64,000 bases of DNA from Eledone cirrhosa (lineage: Eukaryota): contig OZ024741.1 of NCBI GenBank assembly GCA_964016885.1, positions 103,292,001 through 103,356,000 of the forward strand. The letters are read 5' to 3'. This document shows positions 12,655 through 23,220 of the stretch, in pieces. The notes beneath the pieces are model-generated. The model did not search any database. It saw only the letters and a program-made list of their open reading frames with translations, and had not been told where the DNA came from. How positions within the stretch are numbered: the first letter of the stretch is position 1; each line of letters begins with the position of its first letter. Both the position numbers and the translations under genes were made by a program.

Positions 12655-14790
12655 TATTACATGTTAAACTCCTGGAATGTTTTATATATTTTTACAATTC
12701 TGTTGGTGGACTGTACCTGTAATTTCCTAATTAGACGTGCTATTTCTGGTTCTGTTTGTAACATATTTAAGTGCTCCAATGACCACAGGTACAAATCTAA
12801 AGTTATAGTCAGGGTGGACTATCTGCCGGTTTCTCATTAATTTAACATTAATGTTATCCTTTTCACTAATCTTTATCACAATATTAACATCTGCTGGGCT
12901 CCTGATTTCCACTACAGTCTATGCCGTCTTTTCTCTGTCCCTTACCATATGTCCGGTCTCTTATGTCTACATTTTACTGGGGGTTTAACTGGAACGTTCC
13001 ACCAACATTATTACATATTATGTGTGAATATGCCCTCCACATCACAGTAATATTCTATTCAAAACTTTAATTTCTACGAATTACATTGTATAGTGTTTTG
13101 ACCACTATATCATGTCTCATAAGAGTGATGACATTTTCAAACAGATACTTATGTGTGCGACATCTCAATGATTATTCCACAAAGTTTTCATTTGTTATCG
13201 CATCTAGGGGCTTTGCGCATCAGGTACTTCGTTGGTATTTTCTGTTCCTAGATTGCAAAATCATACACTCCAAAAAGAGAGCTAATATACCGATTGTTGC
13301 TCCAACATAAACTACTTTGGTTACCCATATTACTCTCACTTTGATACTTTCTGAAAACAATTATAAATGATTTTCTGCTGATAAGTTTAGAGTTTTCCAT
13401 CTGCTGGTTTGTTGTGGTAGTGCTGTGCAACTTCCCAGTGCGTGTATTTTTCCAAGTTTCATGATATCATCTGCCTCATGTAAACAGACTTGTTCTATGG
13501 ATGGGTTTCTACGCTTGGTCATTAGTAAATGTTATCTTCTATTATCTTTGATTATGGTATCTATCATCAAAGGGGAGGAACAGAAAAATTCTTTCTTGTA
13601 ATCTAACCAGACTGTAACCACGGTCCTTCTATACCACCGCACCCCTGACATCATAGTTTTGCTAATTAGGAGTTGCTCAGAACATCCCAAAACTTCTTTC
13701 TTCCCAGCTGTTTGCTCATCTGTGATAATATTATTATTGTTAGTGTTCCTAAGGGAATAGGTTGGGAGTATCGGTTTTGTCTCTGCCAATGCCAACCAGC
13801 TTGGTATATGATTGTCTCCATTGACAATAGTGATTGATGAGATACCTCCGATAAAAGGTCAATTTCTTGTACCAGTAATCGACAATAAAGATTCTTCCTC
13901 GTGTTTACGTATCCTGAAATTTTACCATCATACTCTTAAGGCTATCACCATTAATAGGGTATGATTTTGGTGTAATGCAAGGTCAATAGCTCTTGGTTGA
14001 ACTTCTTTTCCTCACCCAATATTTTTCTCCCGAATGAATCTGTTTTTCTCAGACGAAGTTTCACTGACATTTATGAATTTCCCTTCACATCACAATTAAC
14101 TGAGGATGTGTATATGTATGTAACATGTGGTGCGGTAAATAAATATATACTTATATACCAGGTCCGAGAGTTGGCTATCCACATATGTATGCCTCGTGTG
14201 CTGGAATGGCTCTTCCAGCGCGTCTCCCTCACTATCCTCCGGGGAAACACCTTCTCGATTCTGTCCGCCCGGGCCGCGGGGCAGCCAGTGTGTGGGACCC
14301 ATTTAGTGAGAGAGGGAGAAAGTGGGAGAGACGGAGGCAGTGACAGTGGGAGTTTGGTTCCTTTGAGTTCAAACGTGGTGTATATGTGTATATTTATTTA
14401 TCGCACTATATGTTACATACATATACATATCTTAACCATTATTTGATTCTGAAGATTGGTTTCGACTGAATTTCTTATTAATCATTTTTCTTTCAAACAC
14501 TTTCTTCTGGGACAAGAGTTTCTCACTGACAGCTCTTAACTCATGTTTGAGGGGGATCAATTTTTATTCAAGGGTTCTTTTTTACTATTTCTAAACGTCC
14601 TTTCTATTTTATTTTTCACTCATTTTTGGTGAAAGAATAGTTTTGCTTTTGTTCGCATCGCAACATGATTGATAGTCTTTCGTAGATAACGATAATTTGT
14701 TCATTTTAGAAAAAACTTGATGGCATTTTTTGTGTTATTTTATCCCTGTTTGCATTTCTAGTATCGTTAATATAATGCTATAGGTATTCA
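12655..14790 (-). mobile_element. Old degraded R4-like RLE element related to family A
   Basis: ORF remnants IITDEQTAGKK..GCSEQLL..WLDYKK, WSNNRYI and EIRSPADVNI. Confidence 0.85.
14101..14433 (+). mobile_element. CRE-like RLE element 3' fragment with an inverted terminal segment
   Basis: WLFQRVSLTILRGNTFSIL resembles the CRE-type C-terminal FQR.S...RGN motif; about 48-bp inverted arms at 14103-14150 and 14386-14433. Confidence 0.55.
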
Positions 14791-15055
14791 CTTCCGATTT
14801 CGTTGATAGTCGGTAAAATCGCTTTATTCGATCTTTTGTTTAATCTTATCAGGTGCTGTTTCTTTTTGAACGGTAGTATTAAATATAAATTAAACTTTTT
14901 TTTTAACTTTTCACTTCAGATACATTTCAATTATTTGGACTCTTCACTTTCCCAGTTGATAACACATTTATTATAGTTGAAGGAATTTTTATTTTTATGG
15001 TCAACGTAAGAGCGAGGTATGGGGTCAAATATGTATGTATGTATTCATGTATATA

Positions 15056-15105
<50 letters not shown>

Positions 15106-15960
15106 ATATATGTGTTTTTGTATGTATGTAGTTATATATGTATTTATGTGTGTGTATATGTATGTAACTCTACATATATATATATGCATGTATGTATGTA
15201 ACTATATGTATGTATGTCTATATATGCATGTATGTAACTATATATATATATAATTGTATGTATGTGTGTATGTATGTGCACGTGTGGGAAAAAGGTAGAT
15301 AGTCGTGGTAGTGGGTGAGAAGGAGAAAGATACAATGAAGGGAAAGAAAGACGTATCTTTTTACCCCGTGTAGTTCTCAACTCACTCTAAAACACACACA
15401 CCTCGCCTCACTCATCACCCACACTAAAGTTCTCCAACCACAGTAGAGAGATTTACGCCATCACCACCAAAGTCAACACTATCACCACTGCCAAAGCAAC
15501 CCCCACCATCATCCCCCACCGCCGCTGCCACCATCACAATCATCACCATCGCCACTGCCAAAAACCTCACCTACTAGTACCCCGACCACCACAACCACAG
15601 ACACTACCACCACTACTAGTATCCCAACCACCACAATCACAGAGACCGCCATCACTACTAGTACCCCGACCACTTCAACCACACACCCCACAGACATCAC
15701 CGCCACTGATTTAAATACACATCGTTTGCCAGGTCTTCTCTCTCTACCTTTAACATAAACATGGGAATTGCTAGAGTGAAGTATAAACTAATTGAAAGAA
15801 TGATATGTGTGTGTGTTAATCATTCAATATACGTAAACAGGGTGTTGCCGTTACAAGCACATCTGTTCATCTGTTCTCCAACTTGCCATCGTTCTAACCC
15901 TTTTCTAGTTTCATTCTCATTCCTTTTCTTCTATTACACTGCTTCGATAAGTCAGCCTTA

Positions 15961-16252
15961 TCTATATATCTAAAACAGAGACTGTCTGTCTGTCTGTCTG
16001 ACTCCCTAAAACTCGAGAACCACCCAACCGATTATTTTCAAACTTTACACATGTAATACTTATGGTAGTGCGAGTGTTTTGAGCAAAAAGTATTTCAAAT
16101 GTTCAATGCCCTAGGGACCGCATTAGGCGATTTAGCGATATTTCTCTATAATTCTTAGTCGGTCTCTTTTTATATAGATACATAGATATAACGTTGCGCC
16201 CTTATAATATCTGTCTGTATGTCTGGCTGTCTGCATCACGACATTATGACGC

Positions 16253-16290
<38 letters not shown>

Positions 16291-16414
16291 GTGTGTGTGT
16301 AACGTTTTTCGAAATATTTACTTCTGCGTTCACAGATTGATTTTTTTAGTTTCAGAAGATCCCGTTAAGGGTGAAAGCAGCGATTCTTTGCTTAAACTTT
16401 AATCTGTTATTTTA

Positions 16415-16445
<31 letters not shown>

Positions 16446-16585
16446 CGTGTACAGATTTTTTTGCATACACAATAACAAAATTTAAACAAATGTATTTATT
16501 TCACGAGGTTCGATAAGGATACATATATATCAAATATATAAGAACCCTAGAGCAAATCCCGAGCAATGCCGAGCCATTCTGCTAG
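15961..16585 (+). mobile_element. Non-autonomous Helitron
   Basis: A|TCTATATAT start, internal (CTGT)n, subterminal imperfect hairpin CCCGAGCAATGCCGAG, CTAG|T end, no TSD. Confidence 0.8.
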
Positions 16586-16811
16586 TTTATATTAAAGTGA
16601 GTAGGTAAAGATTTTTTTCTTAACTTCTCTGCTTTTCCCATATATGATATTATTAGGCTCTGAATCTGTTAGTTTTATTAACTATCTCATTGAACCAAAC
16701 TCAGTATAAGTTGAACAACCTGTATGTATGTATCTATACTTGTACCTATACGCGTATAGAGATATATATACCTCTTCATTTAATATATATTTTTATCTAT
16801 TTATTTATTTA

Positions 16812-19046
16812 TTTATATGCGTTCCAGCCGAGGGGCTGAGGCCATGCTGAGGCCATGCTGAGGCACCGCCATCGATGCTACACTTTCTATAGGCAACCTT
16901 CCCTGCTTTGGCCATTGATGCAAAAAGGAATTTCTTGCTATTGCTCTTATTTGTGCTTCACCTCGTGCTGTGGGTTTATCTAGGACCTTGGTCAGTAAAA
17001 TTTCGATATGTCTCATATGTCTCATATGAAAACATCTACATACACACCATGTAGATCTCTCAGATATTTTGGCAGCTTAATAAAAAGCTGGGATCCCTTG
17101 GATTTCAGGCGGTTGCAGTATGTGGTCCTTATTCTCTATGCGATGGATGGGAAATTTGGCACTACACAGTGACGTCCTGTTCGTGAACTGGTCCTGCCTT
17201 CAATACCGAAGTTTGGTGCTAACCCTTCCAGGATCTTCCATATGTATATTACTGCGTATTTCTCCTATCTCCACTCCAGGGAGTAAAGCTTTAATTTCTT
17301 CAGCCTTTCCCAGTATCTTATCTCTTTCATTGAGGCAATCCTCTTGGTGTAGCTTTGTTGCATTGCTTCAAGTTCTGCAGTTACTTTGACACTGTGAGGC
17401 GACCACAGCTGAAAGCAATAGTCCTGTCGGCTGAGGACGAAATTTCTCCAGAGGACCAACATGGTTTCCGCGTCTCTGTCCTGAATGCCCTCACAATCCA
17501 ACCCACCAGTCATCTGCATATTGCCATCATTTTGGTGATGTGTGCATGAAACGATGCATCATTGCTCATCTCAATACCCAGATTCCGTATTGATTTTGAC
17601 TCTGGGATTTCGATTCCTCCTGGTCAAGTCTACCTTTGTTGTGGTGGTTCTATGTTTGGGGGTTGATAGAGGAGGGCTTGAAGCTTACTTGCATTAGATT
17701 GCATATTGTTGTTTTGAGCCCATCCGTATATGGCATCTAAATCTTGTTGTAAGAGAGTAACATCAGCCGAATTTTTGATTGCCTGTGCTACTTTCGTGTT
17801 ATCAGCATAGCTTGTGAGGGAGGCAGTCCGTAATACTGAGGACATGTCTGAGAGAGCCAGTACAAACAGTAATGGCCCAAAGACAGTTCCCTGGGGCACG
17901 CCGCTTGTTATTGACGTTTCATTTAAGAGAACCCTGTTGGCTGCAACGGTCTGGCTTCATTATTACGAGGTCGATGAAATAAAGCACTCGTAATGCACCG
18001 GGCTCGATTTAACTGACTTTCCCCTCCCCTAAAATTGTTGACCTTATGCCTAAATCAGAGACCATTATTTCCCCAAGGGCGGTGGATTGGCAGTATCGGT
18101 AGAGGGTCGCACACCATGCTTTCCAGCATAGTTGCGTCCCTTTACGATCTGAGTTCAAATCCCTCCGAGGTTGACTCTGCCTTTCATCCTTACGGGGTCG
18201 ATAAAATAAAGTACCAGTAATGCACTGGGTAATTGCTGGCCTTGTGCCAAACGTAGAAACAATTATTTCCATGAATTGTTCAGGTTGTATGTTGACATCT
18301 TCCATAGAGATACTGTCAGTCCAGTTTTGCTTCAGGAGTTCCTCCTGAATCTTATTCCAGTTAGCTTTGTGGAAGTTTAAGCTGGATAGAGACCGAGTGC
18401 TTCCTGTCAGCTATATATCTCCAGTCTTCCTTGGACTATACATTCCTAGTTCTACTATGTCATAGTCCGAAAAAAACGTTGGTATCACGTTCACATCGTG
18501 GATGAGCTCCGTGTTATTCGTGAAGCAGAGATCCAGAGAATTCTCATCTCTTGTTTGGTAGAGTAGCATTTGTTCCATGACGAGTTTGTAAGGTCCAACA
18601 AGGATTATGTCCGCCTTTGTTCAGGTGCCATCATTCCTAAGAGGGGCTGGCCTTCGGCCATTTGACATTGGGGAGGTTGAAATCTCCCAGCAGTAGGATA
18701 TTGAGACTATGATCAAAATGTTGATCAGCACTTCTTCAATCCTTCTGAAGCTATCTTCAAACTGGTCCTCATGTCAGGGGGCACCTGTTAGCCGATATGT
18801 AACACATATTACCCTTTTGAGTTGCTTCACGTGAACTATTAGCGTGTCACAGACCGAGTTGTAATGTGTGACATCTTCACGGATGTACAAAGTAACTCCA
18901 TCATGAGTTTTCCCCGAAATACCTTGGTATGTGTATTTCCGCATCTGCTATGTTAGCTGTCAGGTGAGTTTCAGTTAGTGCCATGCATATTGCTTGACTG
19001 CTTGTGGCTAGGTTTCTTAGGTAGGAGATTTTGCACATGTTGGTCA

Positions 19047-19047
<1 letters not shown>
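16812..19047 (-). mobile_element. Degraded CR1-group LINE related to 27900-31902, internally deleted and SINE-interrupted
   Basis: PQGTVFGPLLF, YADNTK and DYCFQLWSP; APE remnants (LLGDFN, ALTETHL); 3' tail GGCGGTGCCTCAGCATGGCC. Confidence 0.88.
17966..18260 (+). mobile_element. tRNA-derived SINEs (partial copy plus full copy 18077-18260)
   Basis: A/B boxes, core and AGAAAC tail; ATTATTTCC duplicated around the full copy. Confidence 0.88.
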
Positions 19048-19137
<90 letters not shown>

Positions 19138-19239
19138 CCCGAGTTCAATCGGGGGTAACCACAGTCAGTAAGGTACTCAATACATAGCTGATGATTTCCT
19201 TGGGATAAAAGTTCTAATCCTGTAGAGCCATTTCTATAT

Positions 19240-19302
<63 letters not shown>

Positions 19303-19307
<5 letters not shown>

Positions 19308-19483
19308 AACGAGTAGGACCCCGACGGCTGAGCTCAAGCCGTTTCGACGGCTAATTCTGGACGAAACGGCTTGAGCTCAGCCGTCGGGGTCCTACTCGTT
19401 CCTATTACCCACTCTACTACCCTAAGTATTGAGTACTTTGGTGCGTTATGGTCCATCTGGTTCCTTACCACATTTCCTCCGTT
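19303..19483 (+). mobile_element. Fold-back Penelope pLTR-like mini-element (family B) in (TA)n
   Basis: About 42-bp inverted arms; contains GAAACGGCT-TGAGCTC-AGCCGTC, the 3' half of a hammerhead; second copy at 35697-35881. Confidence 0.7.
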
Positions 19484-19503
19484 ATATATATATATATATA
19501 TAT

Positions 19504-19706
19504 AAGTGGTTACATAACAGTTAGTTCACCATACCGAGAACAATTGTTTCACCTAACCATCTCCATTCCGAGCTGAGGATCCGCTAAGGTGAAACAATTG
19601 TTCTCGGTATAGTGAACTAACTGTTGTGTAACCACTTCTACCTAACTCGTCCCATGGACTGAGTGCTCTACCACTACGGATATTACCTTCCAGTGTTCTA
19701 CCACTA
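19504..19706 (+). mobile_element. Fold-back Penelope pLTR-like mini-element (family A) in (TA)n
   Basis: Inverted arms 19504-19554 and 19587-19637; includes a hammerhead; related copy at about 40085-40337. Confidence 0.75.
19568..19607 (+). ncRNA. Minimal type I hammerhead ribozyme
   Basis: CCGAG-CTGAGGA-TCCGCTAAGGT-GAA-ACAATTGT-T-CTCGG: stem I CCGAG/CTCGG, palindromic stem III, predicted cut after GUU (19602). Confidence 0.8.
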
Positions 19707-19711
19707 TATAT

Positions 19712-20176
19712 ATAACTAGTTGTCGAATTTTCCGCAACTTCCGTATTGATGATCGATTTTTGTTGTTGTTGAACAGTAACCGAAGAGGAAGGCACGGTCG
19801 GCTTTTGCTGTTGTTGTTGATGTTCTTCAACAGGAATGGTAGGGAAAGACACGGTCGTCGGTTTTTGTTGTTCAACAGCAATGGTAGGGGATGACACACA
19901 GGTCAGACACTAAAAGAACCAATTTGGTAGCTGGATCATTTCCCAGAGTCCATCCATCATAGAAATATGGTGTCCCTCTTTTTGACCTGGGATCTTCGGG
20001 AAGTTTGTCGCACATTGAAGGCAAACAGAAACACAGCATTTACCACATTCAACCCATCCGTTTCGGAAAGAGTTCCCGTGTTTTGTGCATACATGACAGA
20101 CGGGATTTTCTGTGCAATGTTCTTTTTGGGGACAGCGACCAGTTTTGTTGCATATTTCATCCATGGATGTCGCCAT
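19712..20176 (-). pseudogene. Cys-rich PHD-like finger plus Q/P/T-rich repeats, one in-frame stop; possibly a LINE ORF1 fragment
   Basis: ORFs 19910-20227 and 19553-19897 share a frame: CHVC..WVECGKC..C..C..WFF*CLTC, then PTIAVEQQKPT-like repeats. Confidence 0.45.
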
Positions 20177-20474
20177 AGCAATTTTGTTCTGTCTCTCCGT
20201 CCGTACAATAGAGCAAAAGGTAAACAAATAGATATGTGTAAGTATAGCACACTTGTTAAGGAGATAAATAAAAAAACTTTTGTCTCTGTTTCCGTTTTCC
20301 TAAGTATTGTATGTGTGTGTATACAGAAATATCTTCGCACGTATATATAATTAAGTGACGTCTGTAGGCTAGAAATGAAGTCTTATGTCCAGAGGGTTTA
20401 TAATGTATGTACGATGGTCGCTATAGAGTCTCACACATGAAATAGTATGATTTATTTTCGTTTTGTGTTTATAT

Positions 20475-20775
20475 GCTGGGAGTAGTGGCGTGCTCCTGTA
20501 ATCTAGCTACTCGGAAGCTTGGTTGGTTGGCCGGTTTGAGAATGGGGGCCCTGGTAGTCGGTCTACTATGACGATCGGGTGTCCGCGCTAAGCTCGGCAT
20601 CAATATGGTGCTGGAGAGGGAGCTCACTAGAACCAGGTTGACTAAGGGGTGTTGCTTCGGCCCAGGGCGGAAACGCAGCAGGCAAAAGACCCCGTGTTGA
20701 GCAGTAGTGGGATCGCGCCTGTGAATAGTTGTCGATTAGCAGCTTGTTCGATAATTGAACACCAATCTCACTTTT
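20475..20775 (+). ncRNA. 7SL: 7SL (SRP) RNA, full length, probably a retrocopy
   Basis: Alu domain GCTGGG..GTGGCG..CCTGTAATC.AGCTACTCGG; GATCGGGTGTCCGCGCTAAGCTCGGCATCAATATGGTG; helix 8 CAGG-GCG-GAAA-CGC-AGCAG; CAGTAGTGGGATCGCGCCTGTGAATAG; ends TTTT; 301 nt. Confidence 0.95.
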
Positions 20776-20776
20776 G

Positions 20777-20834
20777 AAGGGCGGTGCCCCAGCATGGCCT
20801 CAGCCGGATGGCTGGAACAGGTAAAAGAGTAAAA
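20777..20834 (+). mobile_element. CR1-group LINE 3' tail fused to 7SL
   Basis: 57 of 58 nt identical to 31841-31898. Confidence 0.92.
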
Positions 20835-21178
20835 ATATATATATACATATATATATATACGTGTGTGGTGTGTATCTACATATAAATATGTATGTTGTTG
20901 TTTATAGAATGTGGGATGTACTTACAGTAATCCCTATAATGTTTTACACGTGACCTACTGATTTATTTTCATTCATGATATCTACACGTGGTTTGTTTGC
21001 GGTCTCCGATTTACTTCGTTAAATCGATTTTATATTTAAAATAGTACTACTAGTTAAGGAATAGTGAAGGTATTTGCAATAGTGAATAGTGTAATCCAAG
21101 TAAAATGTGTCAAAAGAGTAGTTTTGATAGAATTATGTTTAGATGCATCGTTCCTTGTCGCCGTCTTTTTTTTGTTTA

Positions 21179-21241
<63 letters not shown>

Positions 21242-22033
21242 ATATGTGTATATATATATATATATTTTTTTTTTTTCGATTCCGCTCTGCCCGTCCCCTG
21301 AATCTTCCTAATTTCTCATTCTTTCTTCTGATAAAGGACTAGCGACTGAATAGTAAAAACCCTCTTCATGATATTTCAAGCATTAAACTATTCCTTCCAT
21401 AAAGTGTACCGTTTGTGTTGTTATTTCTGTTTACCTTTTACACACACAGACACACACACACACACACACATATATATACACGTGTGTGTGTGTGTGTGTG
21501 TGTGTGCGTGCATGCGTGCGTGCGTGCGTGCGTGCGTGCATGTGTGTGTGTGTCTTTGTTTGTATTTAAATATATATTCTCGTTGCAGTTCTGCTTGGTT
21601 CTATAAATCAGCCGTTAGCAATAACAGAACACCATGCCGTTAGCTCCATTATAGTTAAAAGAATATTCAAGGTAAGTAGACAATTCGTACTTAAGCCAGA
21701 GAAAGCCATTTTCAAAACCACAAACATACAATTGAAGTAGGACGAAATGGAATAGAATGAAATGAAATTCCGTTGCTTTTGACGATGAGTGTTATAGTTG
21801 ATTTGATCAATAGAATAGCTTGTTCATAAAATTAACGAACCTACTAGAGGTTGGTGTAACCATAATGTGATTATCACTGAGATTCAACGTGATATAGTGT
21901 ATAACAAGCTTGGTCGTTTATAGTCTATCTTGTATTATAGTTTATGTGCCTGAGTATTCCATAGATGTGTGTACCCATGACCTAATTCTCAGGGAGACTC
22001 AACATGACAGAATGTGTGACAGGACACTCCCCT

Positions 22034-22472
22034 TAATCTAATCTAATCTAATCTAATCTAATCTGGCCGAGTTTACACTCGAAAATAAGAAGAACCAGGG
22101 CCGCCCCTAGGAGCATTGGATTTGGTATACTTCATATTTGTTTCGGTTGCTGAATACAATCAGGGGTTGCTGCTTCTCCTGAAGGTCAATAGTTCTCTTC
22201 CAACTCGAGCGGGAGCGCCTTTCCATTGTCAATTTGCATTGATCATCTGCAAAGCCGCATTGTTCTCAGAACCACTACACCAGTCTTTCAATGCGTGCAG
22301 CTGGAACTACTGCTACCCATTGATTTGGCAGGATCGCAACTCATTTCTACAGCTGAGTAAACTGGAGCAAGGTGAAATAAAGTGTTTTGCTCAAGGACAC
22401 AACACATCACCCGGTCCGAGAATCGAACTCACAACCTTTCGATTGCAAGCCCAATGCTCTAACCACTAAGCC
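22034..22472 (-). mobile_element. tRNA-derived CORE/V-type SINE with (TTAGA)n tail
   Basis: Minus strand TGGCTTAGTGGTTAGAGC..GAGTTCGATTC and GTGTCCTTGAGCAAAACACTT; (AATCT)n at 22034-22063. Confidence 0.75.
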
Positions 22473-22956
22473 AATAAATTAATGGAAATGTCAAATAATT
22501 CTTTCTGAAAAGGAGAACAAGATTGGATATCATTTATTCTTTTATTTATTTTATTTTTTACTAGTTTCCCTCATAGGACTACGGCCATGCTGAGGCACCA
22601 CCTTGATTTAATCGATTATTCTAACCCCAGTGTTTTTTTGTTCTTGTTTTTTGTTTCTTTTTCATGTCTAGTACTTATTTTTATCAATCTATATTTTTCG
22701 TGTATGTGTGGAAGTAATAAACACAGATATAAACAGGAATCATATGCAAACGTAAACTCATGCTCGGTACTCGGACACACACACACACACACACACACAC
22801 AGCCACGCGCGCACGCGTTTGTGTGTGTATCTACCATATTCCACTTAAAAGCCATAGAAGAGACTTGCTCAAGATAGCCGCCAGCTTCACATTCCCTAAG
22901 TCATGTCTGTACCATTTTTTATCTATTTAATAGTAAAAGAATTAATTTAAACCTAA

Positions 22957-23017
22957 GCGCAGGCATGGCTGTGTGGTTAAGGAGTTCTCTTCGTTACCAC
23001 ATGGTTTGGGTTTCAAC

Positions 23018-23061
<44 letters not shown>

Positions 23062-23220
23062 GACTGTTTATGAATGTCCCGTAACTTAGAGCTTTGATAA
23101 ACAGATCGATAAAATAAGGACTAGACTTGAAAAAATAAGTACTGGGGCCAATATGATCTACGTAATCTATTGAATGCGGTGACTCAACATGGCTGTAGTC
23201 GAATTAGTAAAATAATAAAA
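22957..23220 (+). mobile_element. Degraded tRNA-derived SINE with (GT)n and a CR1-like tail
   Basis: GGCATGGCTGTGTGGTTAAG head; tail GCGGTGACTCAACATGGC resembles the LINE tail; similar minus-strand fragments near 11670-11830, 22545-22700 and 25340-25510. Confidence 0.65.

Noticed and set aside
19135-19240. Hammerhead at CTGATGA (19193)
   Set aside because: No GAAA or stem III; probably an antisense pLTR 3' scrap sharing GTATTGAGTAC with family B.
22034-22063. Telomeric repeat
   Set aside because: (TTAGA)n is the tail of the adjacent SINE, not a TTAGGG or TTAGG array.
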